Source: Eledone cirrhosa (lineage: Eukaryota). Taken from it: 64,000 nucleotides of DNA. The stretch covers positions 7,068,001 to 7,132,000 of the forward strand of contig OZ024754.1 of the NCBI GenBank assembly GCA_964016885.1, in the 5' to 3' direction. This document shows positions 1-13,989 of the stretch, piece by piece; position 1 is the first letter of the stretch; each line of letters opens with the position of its first letter. The notes beneath the pieces are model-generated. The model saw only the letters and a program-made list of their open reading frames with translations, was not told the DNA's origin and did no database searches. Both the position numbers and the translations under genes were made by a program.

Positions 1-517
1 TATAATATAATATAATATAATATTATATTATATTATAGAATAATATAATATTATATTATAATATTATATTATAATATAATATTATATTATATTATAGAAT
101 AATATAATATTATATTATAATATTATATTATATTATATTATAATATAATATTATATTATATTATAATATAATATAATATTATATTGTAATATATTATATT
201 ATAATATAATATATTATATTATAATATAATATATTATATTATAATATAATATATTATATTATAATATAATATAATATTATATTATATTGTAATATATTAT
301 ATTATAATATAATATATTATATTATAATATAATATATTATATTATAATATAATATAATATTATATTATATTGTAATATATTATATTATAATATAATATAA
401 TATAATATAATATAATATTATATTATATTATAATATAATATAATATAATATAATATAATATAATATAATATAATATAATATATTATATTATAATATATAT
501 AATATAATATAATATAT
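1..517. repeat. (TAATA/TATTA)n pentanucleotide microsatellite
   Basis: Direct reading. Confidence 0.95.
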
Positions 518-541
518 ACATACATACGTACATACATACAT

Positions 542-760
542 GCATTGCTTTATATCTGGAGATCTCTCTGCACTTGTCGTCACAAGGTACCATGGGCCAA
601 GCACTATGTCTCAATAATTGTCACAAATGTAGTGTTTGTACCAGAGTTTTCAAGTCGCTGGCTGGACCAAAAAGCCACACTCGTTCAGCGCATCGGTAGG
701 GGTTCTCCTACATGGTTATAAAGTAGTGGCCGTACTCGAAAACGAGTTGGCAGCCACCAT
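542..760 (+). mobile_element. RTE-type LINE-derived 3' end (C2H2-like finger remnant plus stem-loop tail)
   Basis: Translates HKCSVCTRVFKSLAGPKSHTRSAHR*; tail ACTCG-AAAA-CGAGT..GCAGCCACCAT; near-identical to 43460-43673. Confidence 0.7.
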
Positions 761-780
761 GTATATATATATATATATAT

Positions 781-970
781 AAAAAATGAAATAGAAAATA
801 CAACTGGAGTCTTATTTCTGTGGTTTTTATCACTGAGAAAAACCACAGACCCTCCATCTCAACTCACCTTTTGAAAAGCAGAAGAACTGCGAAACCGGTA
901 AAGGAACCAAATAGATATATATATTTTTTTTAAAATAAGACTCCAGTTGCATTTTCGATTTCATTTTTTT
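781..970. mobile_element. PLE pLTR-like fold-back between (TA)n tracts
   Basis: Ends are inverted (aaatgaaat.gaaaat.caactggagtcttattt); homologous to 47335-47455 (-); contains an HHR. Confidence 0.65.
867..904 (+). ncRNA. Minimal type-I hammerhead, U3-A8 core variant
   Basis: CCTT-TTGAAAA-GCAG aagaa CTGC-GAAA-CCGG-TA-AAGG. Confidence 0.75.
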
Positions 971-1041
971 TGCTTTATTCTTTCACTTGTGTAGGACACC
1001 TCGGTTATTTTTCATTTTGTAAAAAAACAAAACCTCACTTT

Positions 1042-1084
<43 letters not shown>

Positions 1085-1091
<7 letters not shown>

Positions 1092-1305
1092 CGGAGGGCC
1101 ATATTCACTTGATATAATATAGAAATGGCTTCTACAGGACTAGAACTGTTTCATTCGGGATAAATCATCAAGAAGCCCCGATGATATCTCCCGAATGAAA
1201 CAGTTCTAGTCCTGTAGAAGCCATTTCTATATTAAATATTTATACTCTGCTTTGTATTGAGTACCTTACTTACTGTGGTTACCCCCGATTGAACCCAGGA
1301 TAAAC
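1085..1305. mobile_element. PLE pLTR-like family A fold-back with HHRs (1127-1177 on -, partial from 1178 on +)
   Basis: Inverted arms of ~55 bp; homologous to 20700-20945 and 21350-21592. Confidence 0.7.
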
Positions 1306-2217
<912 letters not shown>

Positions 2218-2302
2218 ATATATATATTCATATATATATATATATATATTCATATATATATATATATATATTCATATATATTCATATATATATATATATA
2301 TA

Positions 2303-2780
<478 letters not shown>

Positions 2781-2781
2781 T

Positions 2782-2834
<53 letters not shown>

Positions 2835-3074
2835 TAACAGATTAAAGTTTAAGCAAAGAATCGCTGCTTTTACCCTTAACATATATTATATACGTTCACC
2901 TTAACATATATATATTTATATATATGTGTAAATGAAGTAATTCCGTCGGAAAGGTCCAGGAAAAAAGAGTGCTCTATGTAGGTAACAGAGCTTAATAGTT
3001 ATGTAATAAACAACATAAGATAATTATTTCATTTACCAGTGGTTTCTTGAAAGCAAACAAATCTTTTGGAACTT

Positions 3075-3110
3075 TCCCCCGTTGATGGGCGTGAGCCCGA
3101 AATATTGGGA
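3075..3110 (+). ncRNA. Degenerate minimal hammerhead
   Basis: TCCC-CCGTTGA-T-GGGC GTGA GCCC-GAAA-TATT-GGGA; core mutated. Confidence 0.45.
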
Positions 3111-3239
3111 TTAAATCTCCACTACGGTAACCGTTCTACCTTTGTTTTGTTTTCATTTTCATTTTCACTTTTCTCCTATTTCTCACTCACTTCTTACCTC
3201 GAGATTTCCCATCTGCATTGTTGTGGCTTTCTAAACTAC

Positions 3240-3303
<64 letters not shown>

Positions 3304-3787
3304 ACCACAATTAAACGCTTTAAAATCAGAAGTAATTCTGCTTTTCTAAGTATTAATTTACAATATAAAAGATTTTTATCCTTTCATGTTAGCTGAACGT
3401 GAGGTTAGTCATGGCATTAGAATAGCAAAATATATGTCATCAAATGAATCTAAAAGCATCAAACATTCTATTGAAGATGAATCAGAATTGATTATTTGCA
3501 TAACTAAAATGAAACTACCTCAAAGTTCTAGCCGTCAGTGTAATGGCGACAGTTAATCAAGCATGACGGTAATATGTTGTTTTATGGCAGCCATTGAGAT
3601 AGCTGATGTGAATCATGTGAGAGATTAAACAATATAAGACAAAGACAAAATATATCAAACAATTTATAGTCTTTATACATCATTCATCTTTTAATATTTC
3701 CACAGTGGTTTCCAAATTAGAATTATTCAAATGAAATATTATATTCAGTCAGTGAATATAATCTATTCAATTAAAAATGGTTTCTTT

Positions 3788-3818
<31 letters not shown>

Positions 3819-4247
3819 AAGAAGTCATTTTTAATTGAATAGATTATACTGATATATATATATGTATATATGTATATGTATGTATGTGTATATATGTATG
3901 TGTGTATGTGTAATTATAATTATATATATATATATATAAATTTGCTTGGTAAATACGTTGTTCTACTGCAAGGCACCACATTATATAAGTGTTTCATTAT
4001 CAAAGCTTCGGATGAATGAAAATATTGTGAGTAAAATTTGATGGACGGAAACTGTGTAGAAGCCTGCCACAAGGACAGTTTCTAATCTTGAACCGTTGAC
4101 GTAGCCCTCTGCTCGTTTTGATAATAATACCATCCGGCTCTGGAGTACACCGTTTTCTAATAACTGGAGACCTGGTTTGAGGGCACCCATCTTATTACCT
4201 CTCACTAATCTCGGACACCCTAGTAAATATTACGAGAGAGAGCTATC

Positions 4248-5415
4248 CCAGGTTCTGCTGCACGTCGGGCTGAGGAGGGCAAACTCTTCAAGTACCGGTC
4301 GTTCTCCGACAGGTTCGCGGTCGTGCCCTTGGCAGTGGAGACTTCTGGTGTCCTTGGCCCTCGGGCTACCTCCCTACTTACCACCATAGGCGCTGAGCTG
4401 GCTACCCTTGGCAGTGGAGATTTCTGGTGTCCTTGGCCCTAGGGCTACCTCCCTACTTACCACCATAGGCGCTGAGCTGGCTACCCTTGGCAGTGGAGAT
4501 TTCTGGTGTCCTTGGCCCTAGGGCTACCTCCCTACTTACCACCATAGGCGCTGAGCTGGCTACCCTTGGCAGTGGAGACTTCTGGTGTCCTTGGCCCTAG
4601 GGCTACCTCCCTCCTTACCACCATAGACGCTGAGCTGGCTACCCTTGGCAGTGGAGACTTCTGGTGTCCTTGGCCCTAGGGCTACCTCCCTACTTACCAC
4701 CATAGGCGCTGAGCTGGCTACCCTTGGCAGTGGAGACTTCTGGTGTCCTTGGCCCTAGGGCTACCTCCCTACTTACCACCATAGGCGCTGAGCTGGCTAC
4801 CCTTGGCAGTGGAGACTTCTGGTGTCCTTGGCCCTAGGGCTACCTCCCTACTTACCACTATAGGCGCTGAGCTGGCTACCCTTGGCAGTGGAGATTTCTG
4901 GTGTCCTTGGCCCTAGGGCTACCTCCCTACTTACCACCATAGGCGCTGAGCTGGCTACCCTTGGCAGTGGAGACTTCTGGTGTCCTTGGCCCTAGGGCTA
5001 CCTCCCTACTTACCACCATAGGCGCTGAGCTGGCTACCCTTGGCAGTGGAGACTTCTGGTGTCCTTGGCCCTAGGGCTACCTCCCTACTTACCACCATAG
5101 GCGCTGAGCTGGCTACCCTTGGCAGTGGAGACTTCTGGTGTCCTTGGCCCTAGGGCTACCTCCCTACTTACCACCATAGGCGCTGAGCTGGCCAGCCGCA
5201 GTAGAGAACCTCGCGAGATGTAATGGCTCTTTCAGCGCATCTCCTTTACCATCATCCAGGGAAACACCTTCTCCATCCTGTCCGCCGGGGCTGTGGGGAG
5301 GCCAGCACGTGGGACCCCATTAACTCACCATACAGAAAGATGGGGAGGGCGAGAGAGATGAAGGCGATGACAGTGGGAGATCGGCTCTTCCACGTTCGGA
5401 CCATATCCTCATGAT
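4248..5415 (+). mobile_element. 3' fragment of RLE-type (CRE-like) non-LTR retrotransposon, interrupted by a tandem array
   Basis: PGSAARRAEEGKLFKYRSFSDRFAVVPLAVETSGVLGP..IG..REPREM*WLFQRISFTIIQGN matches the restriction-like endonuclease C-terminal pattern. Confidence 0.75.
4326..5192 (+). repeat. 79-bp minisatellite, 11 copies
   Basis: Units start at 4326, 4405, 4484 ... 5116. Confidence 0.95.
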
Positions 5416-5467
5416 TGTGTTCACCAGTTAATGAGTCTACAATTATTTACATTTATGCATATATCAG

Positions 5468-5532
5468 GAACGATCGACTTTCGTCAAATCGGACCGAGGA
5501 AACAATGTTTCCATTGGTCTTTCCAGTTGCTA
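5468..5532. repeat. Dispersed hairpin-containing repeat (also 18005-18065 and 19900-19965 inverted)
   Basis: cgatcgactttcgtcaaatcggacc.aggaaacaatgtttcc.ttggtc in three places. Confidence 0.8.
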
Positions 5533-5817
5533 GAAAGCATATATGCATATATTTCTTTACTAAAGGTTACCTATTTCACAAAAAAACGGTTCCTCAACGA
5601 CGGCTACCACCAGCATTACAACAAAGTCCACTTTATATGTTACTATAAACACAAGTTATCCTATTACGCCTGACTACGTCATGTAAAATGATATATAGGG
5701 ATATGACGTCTATAGATTTCCTCTAGGCATCATAAACATCGTTGAAGGCAAAGAATTTCAACTATGACACATACCAGGGTCATTGACTGTTGTCTCAGAA
5801 AGATCCTTGTTTTAAAT

Positions 5818-5871
<54 letters not shown>

Positions 5872-6447
5872 GGAGGTGAGTTTTATTGTAGTACAATAAA
5901 GCAATGCAGATATCGGATAAGTAGCACTCTACAGTTTGTAGGACTGGAGTATAAATAATATATAAGATCAAAAGATGGTTAAAAGAGTTCCATGTACACA
6001 CATATATATATATATTGACATTAAGCAATCACAAATAGTAATCGAGATTATATTGTCAAATGGATCGTAAAACGTTGTTAAGTTTCATTAAAATCTCATA
6101 TCCCATTGTCCAGTTAACAATATTATTTCAAATAATTTATTGCTAACTATACAATCTAATTGCAAGTTAACGTGATGGCTGGTTGTTAATAATACCACAA
6201 GAGAGTCACTTTAAATATAATTAATCAGAATTTATTAACTTCAAGTTTTAGACCTTCTGGTATCTCATTCTCAAACTGTTAAATATTTATTTTAATCATA
6301 TCTTATTTTAGATATTGCTGTACTGTTCTGTAATGTCGTTTAGAACAAGGAGAATAGATCTAGACAATTTGAGAGTATCATGCTACAAATAAACTTTCTC
6401 CAGCCGCAGTCTGCGCAGTCTCCAGAACCTGATTCAGTCTGCGACTA

Positions 6448-6667
6448 ACCCAGGTTCTGCTGAACGTCGGGCTGAGGAGGCCAAACTCTTCAAATACCGG
6501 TCGCTCTCCGACAGGTTTGCGGTTGTGCCCTTGGCAGTGGAGACTTCTGGTGTCCTTGGCCCTAGGGCTACCTCCCTACTCACCACCATAGGTGCTGAAC
6601 TGGCCAGCCGCAGGTGGAATGGCTTTTCCAGCGCGTCTCCCTTGCCGTCTTCCGGGGAAACACCTCC
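6448..6667 (+). mobile_element. Second RLE-LINE fragment with the 79-bp segment unexpanded
   Basis: High similarity to 4248-5270; single copy of the unit. Confidence 0.8.
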
Positions 6668-7054
6668 AATATGATTGGTGACAGTTGCGGCTTGAAGAAG
6701 TTTGTCTCATCTGTATAAGGACGTAAAATATAGGCCGGCAAATACGGTATATTGTTATTAATAATTTAGCGTTAAAAATCGGGATAAAATATATATTGCC
6801 AGGTGTTCTAACCGATAGCAAACAGCCTCTTTGTGCAGTGCTGGACTTACCTACTAGAATCTAGATATAAAGGTCTGGTTTGATCTCGGCTAACTTGGGG
6901 ACGCTAAAATAAACGAATGAACTCCAGCATGGCTTTCTCGCCTTCTCAACTCATATGCTGCTGACTTTAACAAAATGACAGATTAAATGATATAGTCTTT
7001 GATGTAATATCTCTAACAGAATAACGAGATTGTTACAGGTTTTGATCAACTACA

Positions 7055-7245
7055 ACCATCGGGATTTGTCCGGCCCCTTCTTAGCACTGGTCGCCGTTGA
7101 GACCTCAGGAGTACTTGTACCCCCTACAGCCGAGCTCCTCTGTAAGATCGGAACGTCGGCAGCCCGTCTGAGGAAGGAGCCCCGCGAGGTTGGGTGGCTG
7201 TTGCAGCGGGTGTTACTGGCCATTGTACGAAGGAATGCACACGGT
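7055..7245 (+). mobile_element. Third, divergent RLE-LINE C-terminal fragment
   Basis: AVETSGVLVPPTAELLCKIG..EPREVGWLLQRVLLAIVRRNA. Confidence 0.7.
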
Positions 7246-7310
7246 GTTAAGCATCTGGTTTTGTACATCGGGGAGCATTCTCCCACATTGTTTAGGCATA
7301 TATCATTTTG

Positions 7311-7405
7311 ATCCCGCCGAGGTTAACTTTGCCTTTCATCCTTACGGGGTTGATAAAATAAAGTACCAGTAATGTACTGGGTAATTGCTGGCCTAGAAAC
7401 AATTA
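7311..7405 (+). mobile_element. Meta-domain SINE fragment
   Basis: GCCTTTCATCCTTACGGGGT.GATAAAATAAAGTACCAG. Confidence 0.8.
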
Positions 7406-8040
7406 TTATTCTTAGATTATAAAAACAGAAAATAATATAAAAATCAAACATAAATAACGACAGGAATAATAAAAACCTGGAAAGGAAATTAAATATAATA
7501 ATTCTGACAGATGTATAACTCGAAATTATTTTCCAACTCTGAAATACGTTGTATGAAATACACAGTTTGAAAATTGGCAAAAGGGCTCCAAGAGGCTACC
7601 AAACACGAAATATATGAGCTAATATGTGGCAATTATTTTCAAATTAAATTTTGCCAACGTATCTGATATTGCCTATTAAATTTCATATATGACGTATATA
7701 GGAAATAGAATGACGTTTTCATAACCGTAAAAAAGAAAAGCCTGTGTGTTATTATATAAAAATAATATTATGATAGTGTGAGTATGATCAGATATGTGAG
7801 TATGATCAGATATGTGTAGACATAAATTTGAAAATATTGCTGCCACAATGCAAATACATAATGATAAAATAATAATGATAACAGACTGCAAGTATAGATA
7901 GCAGATGAACACATCTGGCAAACAGATAACAGTTGAATAAATTCCTGAAAACAGAAAAGAATGTAGACAGAGACATCTGCGATGAATCGCACCATGCACC
8001 TCTCATAAACATAAAAAAAAAGACGGCAATTAATTCTCAG

Positions 8041-8118
8041 GGACCATTTGGCGTAATAGTTAAACGCGCTAGCCCACCCGGCATGCAAGAGATGCCTGGT
8101 TCGATTCACCGTTGGTAT
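8041..8118 (+). other. tRNA-derived remnant (pol III boxes)
   Basis: TGGCGTAATAG A-box-like and GGTTCGATTC B box; no clean cloverleaf. Confidence 0.4.
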
Positions 8119-8376
8119 TTCTGTCCATGTTTTCCAGTCTCCCAGAGGATACTTTACCTGATTTATTTAACTAATATCTATAGTCAACAACTATTTTCAT
8201 AGTTATCTGCGTTGTGGCGACAATATTTTCAAATTTCAAATTTCTCAATGCTTTCCAAGCTAACTAAGCCTTGTATAGATATATATCAAATTATATTTTT
8301 TTAAACATAAATACGTGAGTTTATTTACGGGATGTCCCCCCCCCAAAAAAAATTGACATAATTTTGTAGTCATATA

Positions 8377-8528
8377 ACTGTTTTTACTTCTGGCACAAGG
8401 CCAGCAAATATCCCAGTATATTACTAGTACTTTATTTTATCGACTCCGTATGGATGAATGGAAAAGTTAACCTCGGCAGGTTTTGAATCCAGAATGTAAA
8501 GGGCCATAACTCTAAAGCCAATCCACCG
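8377..8528 (-). mobile_element. Meta-domain SINE
   Basis: Reverse-complement match to the family. Confidence 0.8.
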
Positions 8529-8885
8529 TTTTGTAGTCTAACACTGTCAATTCTCGCTCAAATGATCTCAAAGTTTAACAAGATGTGTAAAAACTAACAA
8601 AGTTTAATGTTAAATGTTCCCCTTTCAGTGGTTACTGGCAGAGCCTGATTTGATGGGGGTAGGGGTGGTGGTTGCATATATATAAGAAAAACAATAATAA
8701 TATATATATGTATTTAAATGTAACACGTTGAACTCTAATTTATAAAATTATAAGCGTTATCATTTACCTAAAGTATACTGCACCACTAATACCTAATATA
8801 TATCTATATATACCTCCCTATATCTTCCTATACATAATTTTTAGTTAACTTCTAAATTTCTGGATTACGTACACTCTGAACTAAG

Positions 8886-9190
8886 AATAGTTAATGCATT
8901 TACACCCTGTTATATATAGGTGTATATTTAACCGTAACATGCCTCAATCTATTATTTTATTTTTATTTTCGTTATTATTTACTTAAAATATACTGACTCA
9001 TTAATATATATCTATATACATAATCGTTATTTAAATATTTCTAACAATAAATACTTCAGAAGCTTTACATACGTAATATCTTGGTATCTTCGTTAAAGAA
9101 TAATTAATACATTTACACCCAGTTATATATAGGTATATATTTAACCTTAACATGCCACAATCTATTATTTTATTTTATTTTTATCTTCGT
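8886..9190 (+). repeat. Local partial tandem duplication; third copy at 36265-36470
   Basis: catttacacc..gttatatatagg..tatatttaacc.taacatgcc repeated. Confidence 0.75.
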
Positions 9191-9626
9191 CGTTATTTAA
9201 ATTAGAAAAAAAAACCCATATACATTTATGCTTTTTATTGTTTGAAAGTTCTATAACAGAAAGTTACCATCAAAATAAACTCACTAAAAAATTTTTTTTT
9301 CTACTTTACATAGGCGATTTGCTTTCATATCAGAAATATCATATTCGTGTAGAGAATATGATATTTCTGATGGAATATATCATATAACATAAGTATATAC
9401 AATTGAGTTGCTGGCTTTAACTAAAAGAAAAGTCTCTCTTATACAATAACATAACATACAATGAAAGTAAGAGTTGAAACCTTCCAAGATATGTAGCGTA
9501 GGATGTAAAGCATTGCTTCAGTACTATATGTATAACACACACATATACATGCACGCCCATACGCATGCGCATATATATATAATATATCTGCATTGCTTTA
9601 TTGTACTACAATAAAACTCACCTCCT

Positions 9627-9659
<33 letters not shown>

Positions 9660-9663
<4 letters not shown>

Positions 9664-10362
9664 AGTATGTATGTATACGTACATACATATATGTATACAG
9701 ACGTACAGTAGTATGTATATATATATATATATATATATACATACATGCACACATATATATATGCACGTATCGGTTTACCGAACATTTATTATAATGCTCG
9801 GTTTGTTTGTTTGTAAACAAACAGCCCGAATTACGCCGTACACTGTTTAGGCAACCACGTCACCTTTTTGTTCAACACTGACACAGGAACGATGTACTAG
9901 TTTCAAGCTTATTAGCTATCGTCAGCATCGTATACCTTCCTGCCAGATGGTTGAACGTCTGAAAGTATTTATTTTCCTTATGAATATTACCGGCTGAGCA
10001 GCCTAATTTGCATATCGAGTATGTTTAGTCGGCCGGGCGCACCGAAAACGATAAATGGAATAGAATGAAACGAAATTTCATTTCTCACTCTTAGTACGGC
10101 AGTTACTTAAATGTAAGTATGTATGTATACGTACATATATATATGTAATTCGAGCGTAATTCGGGCTGTTTGTTTGTTTACAAACAAACCGAGCATTATA
10201 ATAAATGTTCGGTGAACCGATACGTGCATATATATATGTGTGTATGTATGTATATATATATACATACTACTGTACGTCTGTATACATATATGTATGTACG
10301 TATACATACATACATATTTACATTTAAGTAACTGCCGTACTAAGAGTGAGAAATGAAATTTC

Positions 10363-10363
<1 letters not shown>
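9660..10363. mobile_element. PLE pLTR-like family C, direct and inverted pieces
   Basis: 9660-9836 inverted at 10152-10315; 10070-10140 inverted at 10295-10363; homologue at 21737-22036. Confidence 0.7.
9890..9930 (-). ncRNA. Minimal type-I hammerhead
   Basis: CGATG-CTGACGA-T-AGCT aata AGCT-T-GAAA-CTAG-TA-CATCG. Confidence 0.8.
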
Positions 10364-10417
<54 letters not shown>

Positions 10418-10469
10418 TCTCTATATATATATGATAATAATGGAGCTGCGGCGTTGCAAATGGGTTACA

Positions 10470-10804
10470 TATGAAAAAGTTTGTCCTTCATCAGTGGCCT
10501 TCCAACCGTCGTAGGCATTTCATCGCTTTAAAGGCCATATACCTCAGGTTGGTGCGAGCAACGGCTAAAAAAAGTCGTTGGGACACCTAAATAAAGGGGA
10601 CGCTAGGGTAAACAAACAAAATGGTTTAAGCAACAGAAAGTGAGAAGAAAGAGACAAGTCCCAGATTTCTATGAATATAAATTCGGTGAAAACGTGAACG
10701 AGAGAATAAAGACCATCAAACCTGGTTGAAATGTGAAGGTATATGGCCTTTAAAGCGATGAAATGCCTACGACGGTTGGAAGGCCACTGATGAAGGACAA
10801 ACTT

Positions 10805-10810
<6 letters not shown>
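10470..10810. repeat. 75-bp inverted repeat (10470-10544/10737-10810) carrying a CTGATGA half-core
   Basis: Direct reading. Confidence 0.8.
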
Positions 10811-10846
<36 letters not shown>

Positions 10847-10888
10847 ATATAAAACGAAAAGTCGGTGATGCATCTGGACTCAGTTTAT

Positions 10889-10978
10889 TGTGTTACAATT
10901 GTTTCGCCGGCAGATAGCTCGAGACATGATCAATGTATGGATCTGCCTGATTCTAGATCTGGAGGTTCTTCGGACACA
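10889..10978 (-). ncRNA. Hammerhead with long stem II and CCGAAGA core
   Basis: TGTGT-CCGAAGA-..GGCAGAT/ATCTGCC..-GAAA-CAATTG-TA-ACACA. Confidence 0.65.
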
Positions 10979-11001
10979 TGCAATACTTTCGGAACAAATT
11001 T

Positions 11002-11032
<31 letters not shown>

Positions 11033-11067
11033 CGGCCGGAGCTCAGCCGTCGGGGTCCTGAATCTTT

Positions 11068-11147
<80 letters not shown>

Positions 11148-11432
11148 AGTAAAATAGGAATAAACTTAAGAGAAATAATTGTTTTATATATCAATAAAGA
11201 TTAATATTTAACCAAAAATATCACAACAGACTCTCTCCTTAGGACAAAAGACTTAAAGAAACATAATGGCAATATTATAGTTTAAAGCAATTCCATTGAA
11301 AACAAATCAAAAGAATTAATAAAACTCATCAAAATTGAATGAAAATCTTTGTTTTTCATAATTTCAGTGCTTTCTATAATATGATAGATTATAAAATATT
11401 GATACAAGTTGTTTAGGAAAGTGATTTACCTA

Positions 11433-11513
11433 TACAGTGTCCCCCGCAAAATTGTATGCACACTTTGAGTAGAATGTTGTTGGAGTGTGTATACATTTTT
11501 TAGGGACACCCTT
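11433..11513. mobile_element. Tiny Tc1/mariner-type MITE
   Basis: TA-CAGTGTCCC..AAAATTGTATGCACACT / AGTGTGTATACATTTT..GGGACACCCT-TA imperfect TIRs. Confidence 0.6.
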
Positions 11514-12035
11514 AATATTGATAATTATTATTTTCCTTCTTAATTTTTTGCGATTATTATTTATAGAATTTTTGCTGTTATCGTTGATTTAATTGTTTCC
11601 ATTGTTCTTCCTTGGATTTAATTTATTTCCTTATTCTTCAAAATAGAAATTAATCTCATTTAATCCGTCCCTAATCCTATCTAAGTTGTATTGCCTGTCT
11701 CTGTCAGTTTATTCTGTTTTTGTTTTAAATCTTTTCTAGTTTGTTATCTTAATGAGATACTCCTTAAATTGTAAAACTGTATTACTGACCACGTTGAAGT
11801 AGAGTATTATTTGTCGATCAATTAGGAAGATGGCCGATTTAGAGACTAGAAATAGGTAGTAACTTAACCACTGCCATGCTAGTCGATACATTGATATCAT
11901 TGTTCTCCACAGATCAATCAACCCTTTGAAACGATCGTAAAACAATGATCTAACTATCTACCTACACTCGACTTCAGTTTTCTTACTGTTCTATGCACAA
12001 ACACACACACATTATATATATATATATATATATAT

Positions 12036-12211
12036 AAAGACATTTTTTCAAATTCCAACCCCCGTCCCCTCAATCTAATCTTATTTCTCATTCTTTCTTC
12101 TGATGAAGGACTAGCGTTCGAAATGTTAAGACCCTCTTCCTGCTATATCAAGCGTTAACCTAATATATTCCTTCCATATACTGTACCGATTGTGTTGTTA
12201 TTTCTGTTTAC

Positions 12212-12215
<4 letters not shown>
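12036..12215 (+). mobile_element. PLE pLTR-like family D with HHR at 12096-12131 (other copies 28430-28585, 30196-30383)
   Basis: TCTT-CTGATGA-A-GGAC tagc GT(T/C)C-GAAA..AAGA; ends in (CA)n. Confidence 0.75.
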
Positions 12216-12271
<56 letters not shown>

Positions 12272-12629
12272 ATATAACGTTGAAAGAGATAGAAGGTTAA
12301 ATAATGCAAAATGGACTGTAAGATGAAGTAACGAAATGTAAAATTTACCTGGTAACCTTTGTTTTGTTTTGTTTTGTTTTGTTTTGTTATTGTTGTTCTT
12401 TTGTCTGTCCACTATTTCTGGACCTAAAGGTCTCTTCATCAGGGTTTAAGGAACCTTCAGTGGGTAACGTTCCAATTTCCAATGTTCGTTTTTCCTTGAA
12501 CGAAGATTTGCAGCTGTGAATTTTTACACAACAAACACTTAGTATATATCTTCTGTTCTGCTGGCAGATGGTAAATGTTTATTGTACATTGACATAATCC
12601 GAAACTAAGCTGCTTACTGCATCAATAAT

Positions 12630-13187
12630 AATGGTTTCTTATATAGCCACAAGACCAGCAATTATCCCAGTGTATTACTGGTACTTTATTTTATCGACCC
12701 CGTAAGGATGAAAGGCAAAGTTAACCTTAGCGGGATTTGAACTCAGATCATAAAGGGACGTAACTCTTTGCGTCAGAGCATGGCGTCCGTCCCTCTACCG
12801 ATACACTGCCTATACACCGCCCTTACTGCATCAATAATAATGGTTTCTTATACAGACACAGGACCAGCAATTTTGGGGGGAGGGGAAAGTCGATTAAATC
12901 GACCCCAGTGCATTACTGGTACTTTATTTTATCGACCCCGTAAGGTAAAGGTAAAGCTAACCTCGGTGCGATTTGAACTTAGACCGTAATAGGTCGTAAC
13001 TCTATGCTCTTGATAATAATGATCTCTACATTAGGCAGACGGTCAGTAATTTGAGGGGAGGGTAAAGTCGATTAAATTGACCCCAATGTATTACTGGTAC
13101 TTTATTTATCGGCCCCGTAAGGACGAAAGGCAAAGCTAACTCCGGCGGGATTTGAACTCAGACCGCAAACTCTATGCTGCAAAGCAG
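12630..13187 (-). mobile_element. Three tandem Meta-domain SINEs
   Basis: Repeated family motifs; B box GAGTTCAAATCC on -. Confidence 0.85.
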
Positions 13188-13799
13188 TTATTAGAAAAAA
13201 AAACGACAAAAAGCTGTGATAAAGTCAACGTTTTGTCAATGTTTCACATTCCCAAGTGATAGAATGAAACATTCAACAGTTTCCCTATTATGTACTTTAC
13301 GGACGTTGCTCAGCTTTCTCTCATTAAACCATAACAAAATGAAAGAAAACACCATTGAATAAATGAGAATAAAATTGTTTCTGGGCAACTTCACTAAAGT
13401 CTGATATTCTATTCTATATATTAGGCAACATTGGAAAGAAAACTAATCAGTATTTTATGATTAGGTGATCGATATCATGCCCTAGGTTCAGTAGTTCATC
13501 TCGCTGTCATTGCTGAGAGTATTAAAAACACCAAACAACAACAACATATCAAATCCACGTGTAGCTATGTCGAAAGTGGAAGATATACAATTGTATTTTA
13601 CTTATTTTATCAATGGAATCTACATCTAATTATTTACCAATGGGTTTTGTATAATTCCTGTCAAAATGTCTGGAGTTGAATATTCTATGAGATTTAACAT
13701 AAATCTATGCCATGAAATAAGTACATTCCTCTTCTACCTTCTGTAGATTTGTTATCAAATAAGTGTACACTCTATTCTCTAGAATAGGCATGGGCAACC

Positions 13800-13989
13800 A
13801 GAGCATAAGGAAAGTACAGGACAACAGCAGCAGCAGCAACAACAACAATAACAACAACAATAACAACAACACGAAGATCAACATTTTCTCACAGACTAAA
13901 CGCAGTACCTAAGTAAAGTACAGAACAACAGTAGACACAACAACAACAATAATAACTCCAAAACCAACATTTTCACACAAAGGCTAAAG
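13800..13989 (+). repeat. ~70-bp CAA-rich repeat units (same family as 39520-40545)
   Basis: gaagatcaacattttc.cacagactaaa..cagt.c.taagtaaagtacagaac. Confidence 0.75.

Noticed and set aside
4326-5192. CRISPR array or repeat-protein CDS
   Set aside because: No spacers; 79 bp is not a multiple of 3 and each unit contains stops
5468-5532. Hammerhead in the three-copy hairpin repeat
   Set aside because: Core and GAAA are not positioned around the stem
12405-12445. Hammerhead on - (CTGATGA..GACC/GGTC..GAAA); similar partial cases at 11825-11944, 33681-33718, 20985-21010
   Set aside because: Cleavage triplet, stem I or core missing; at most relics
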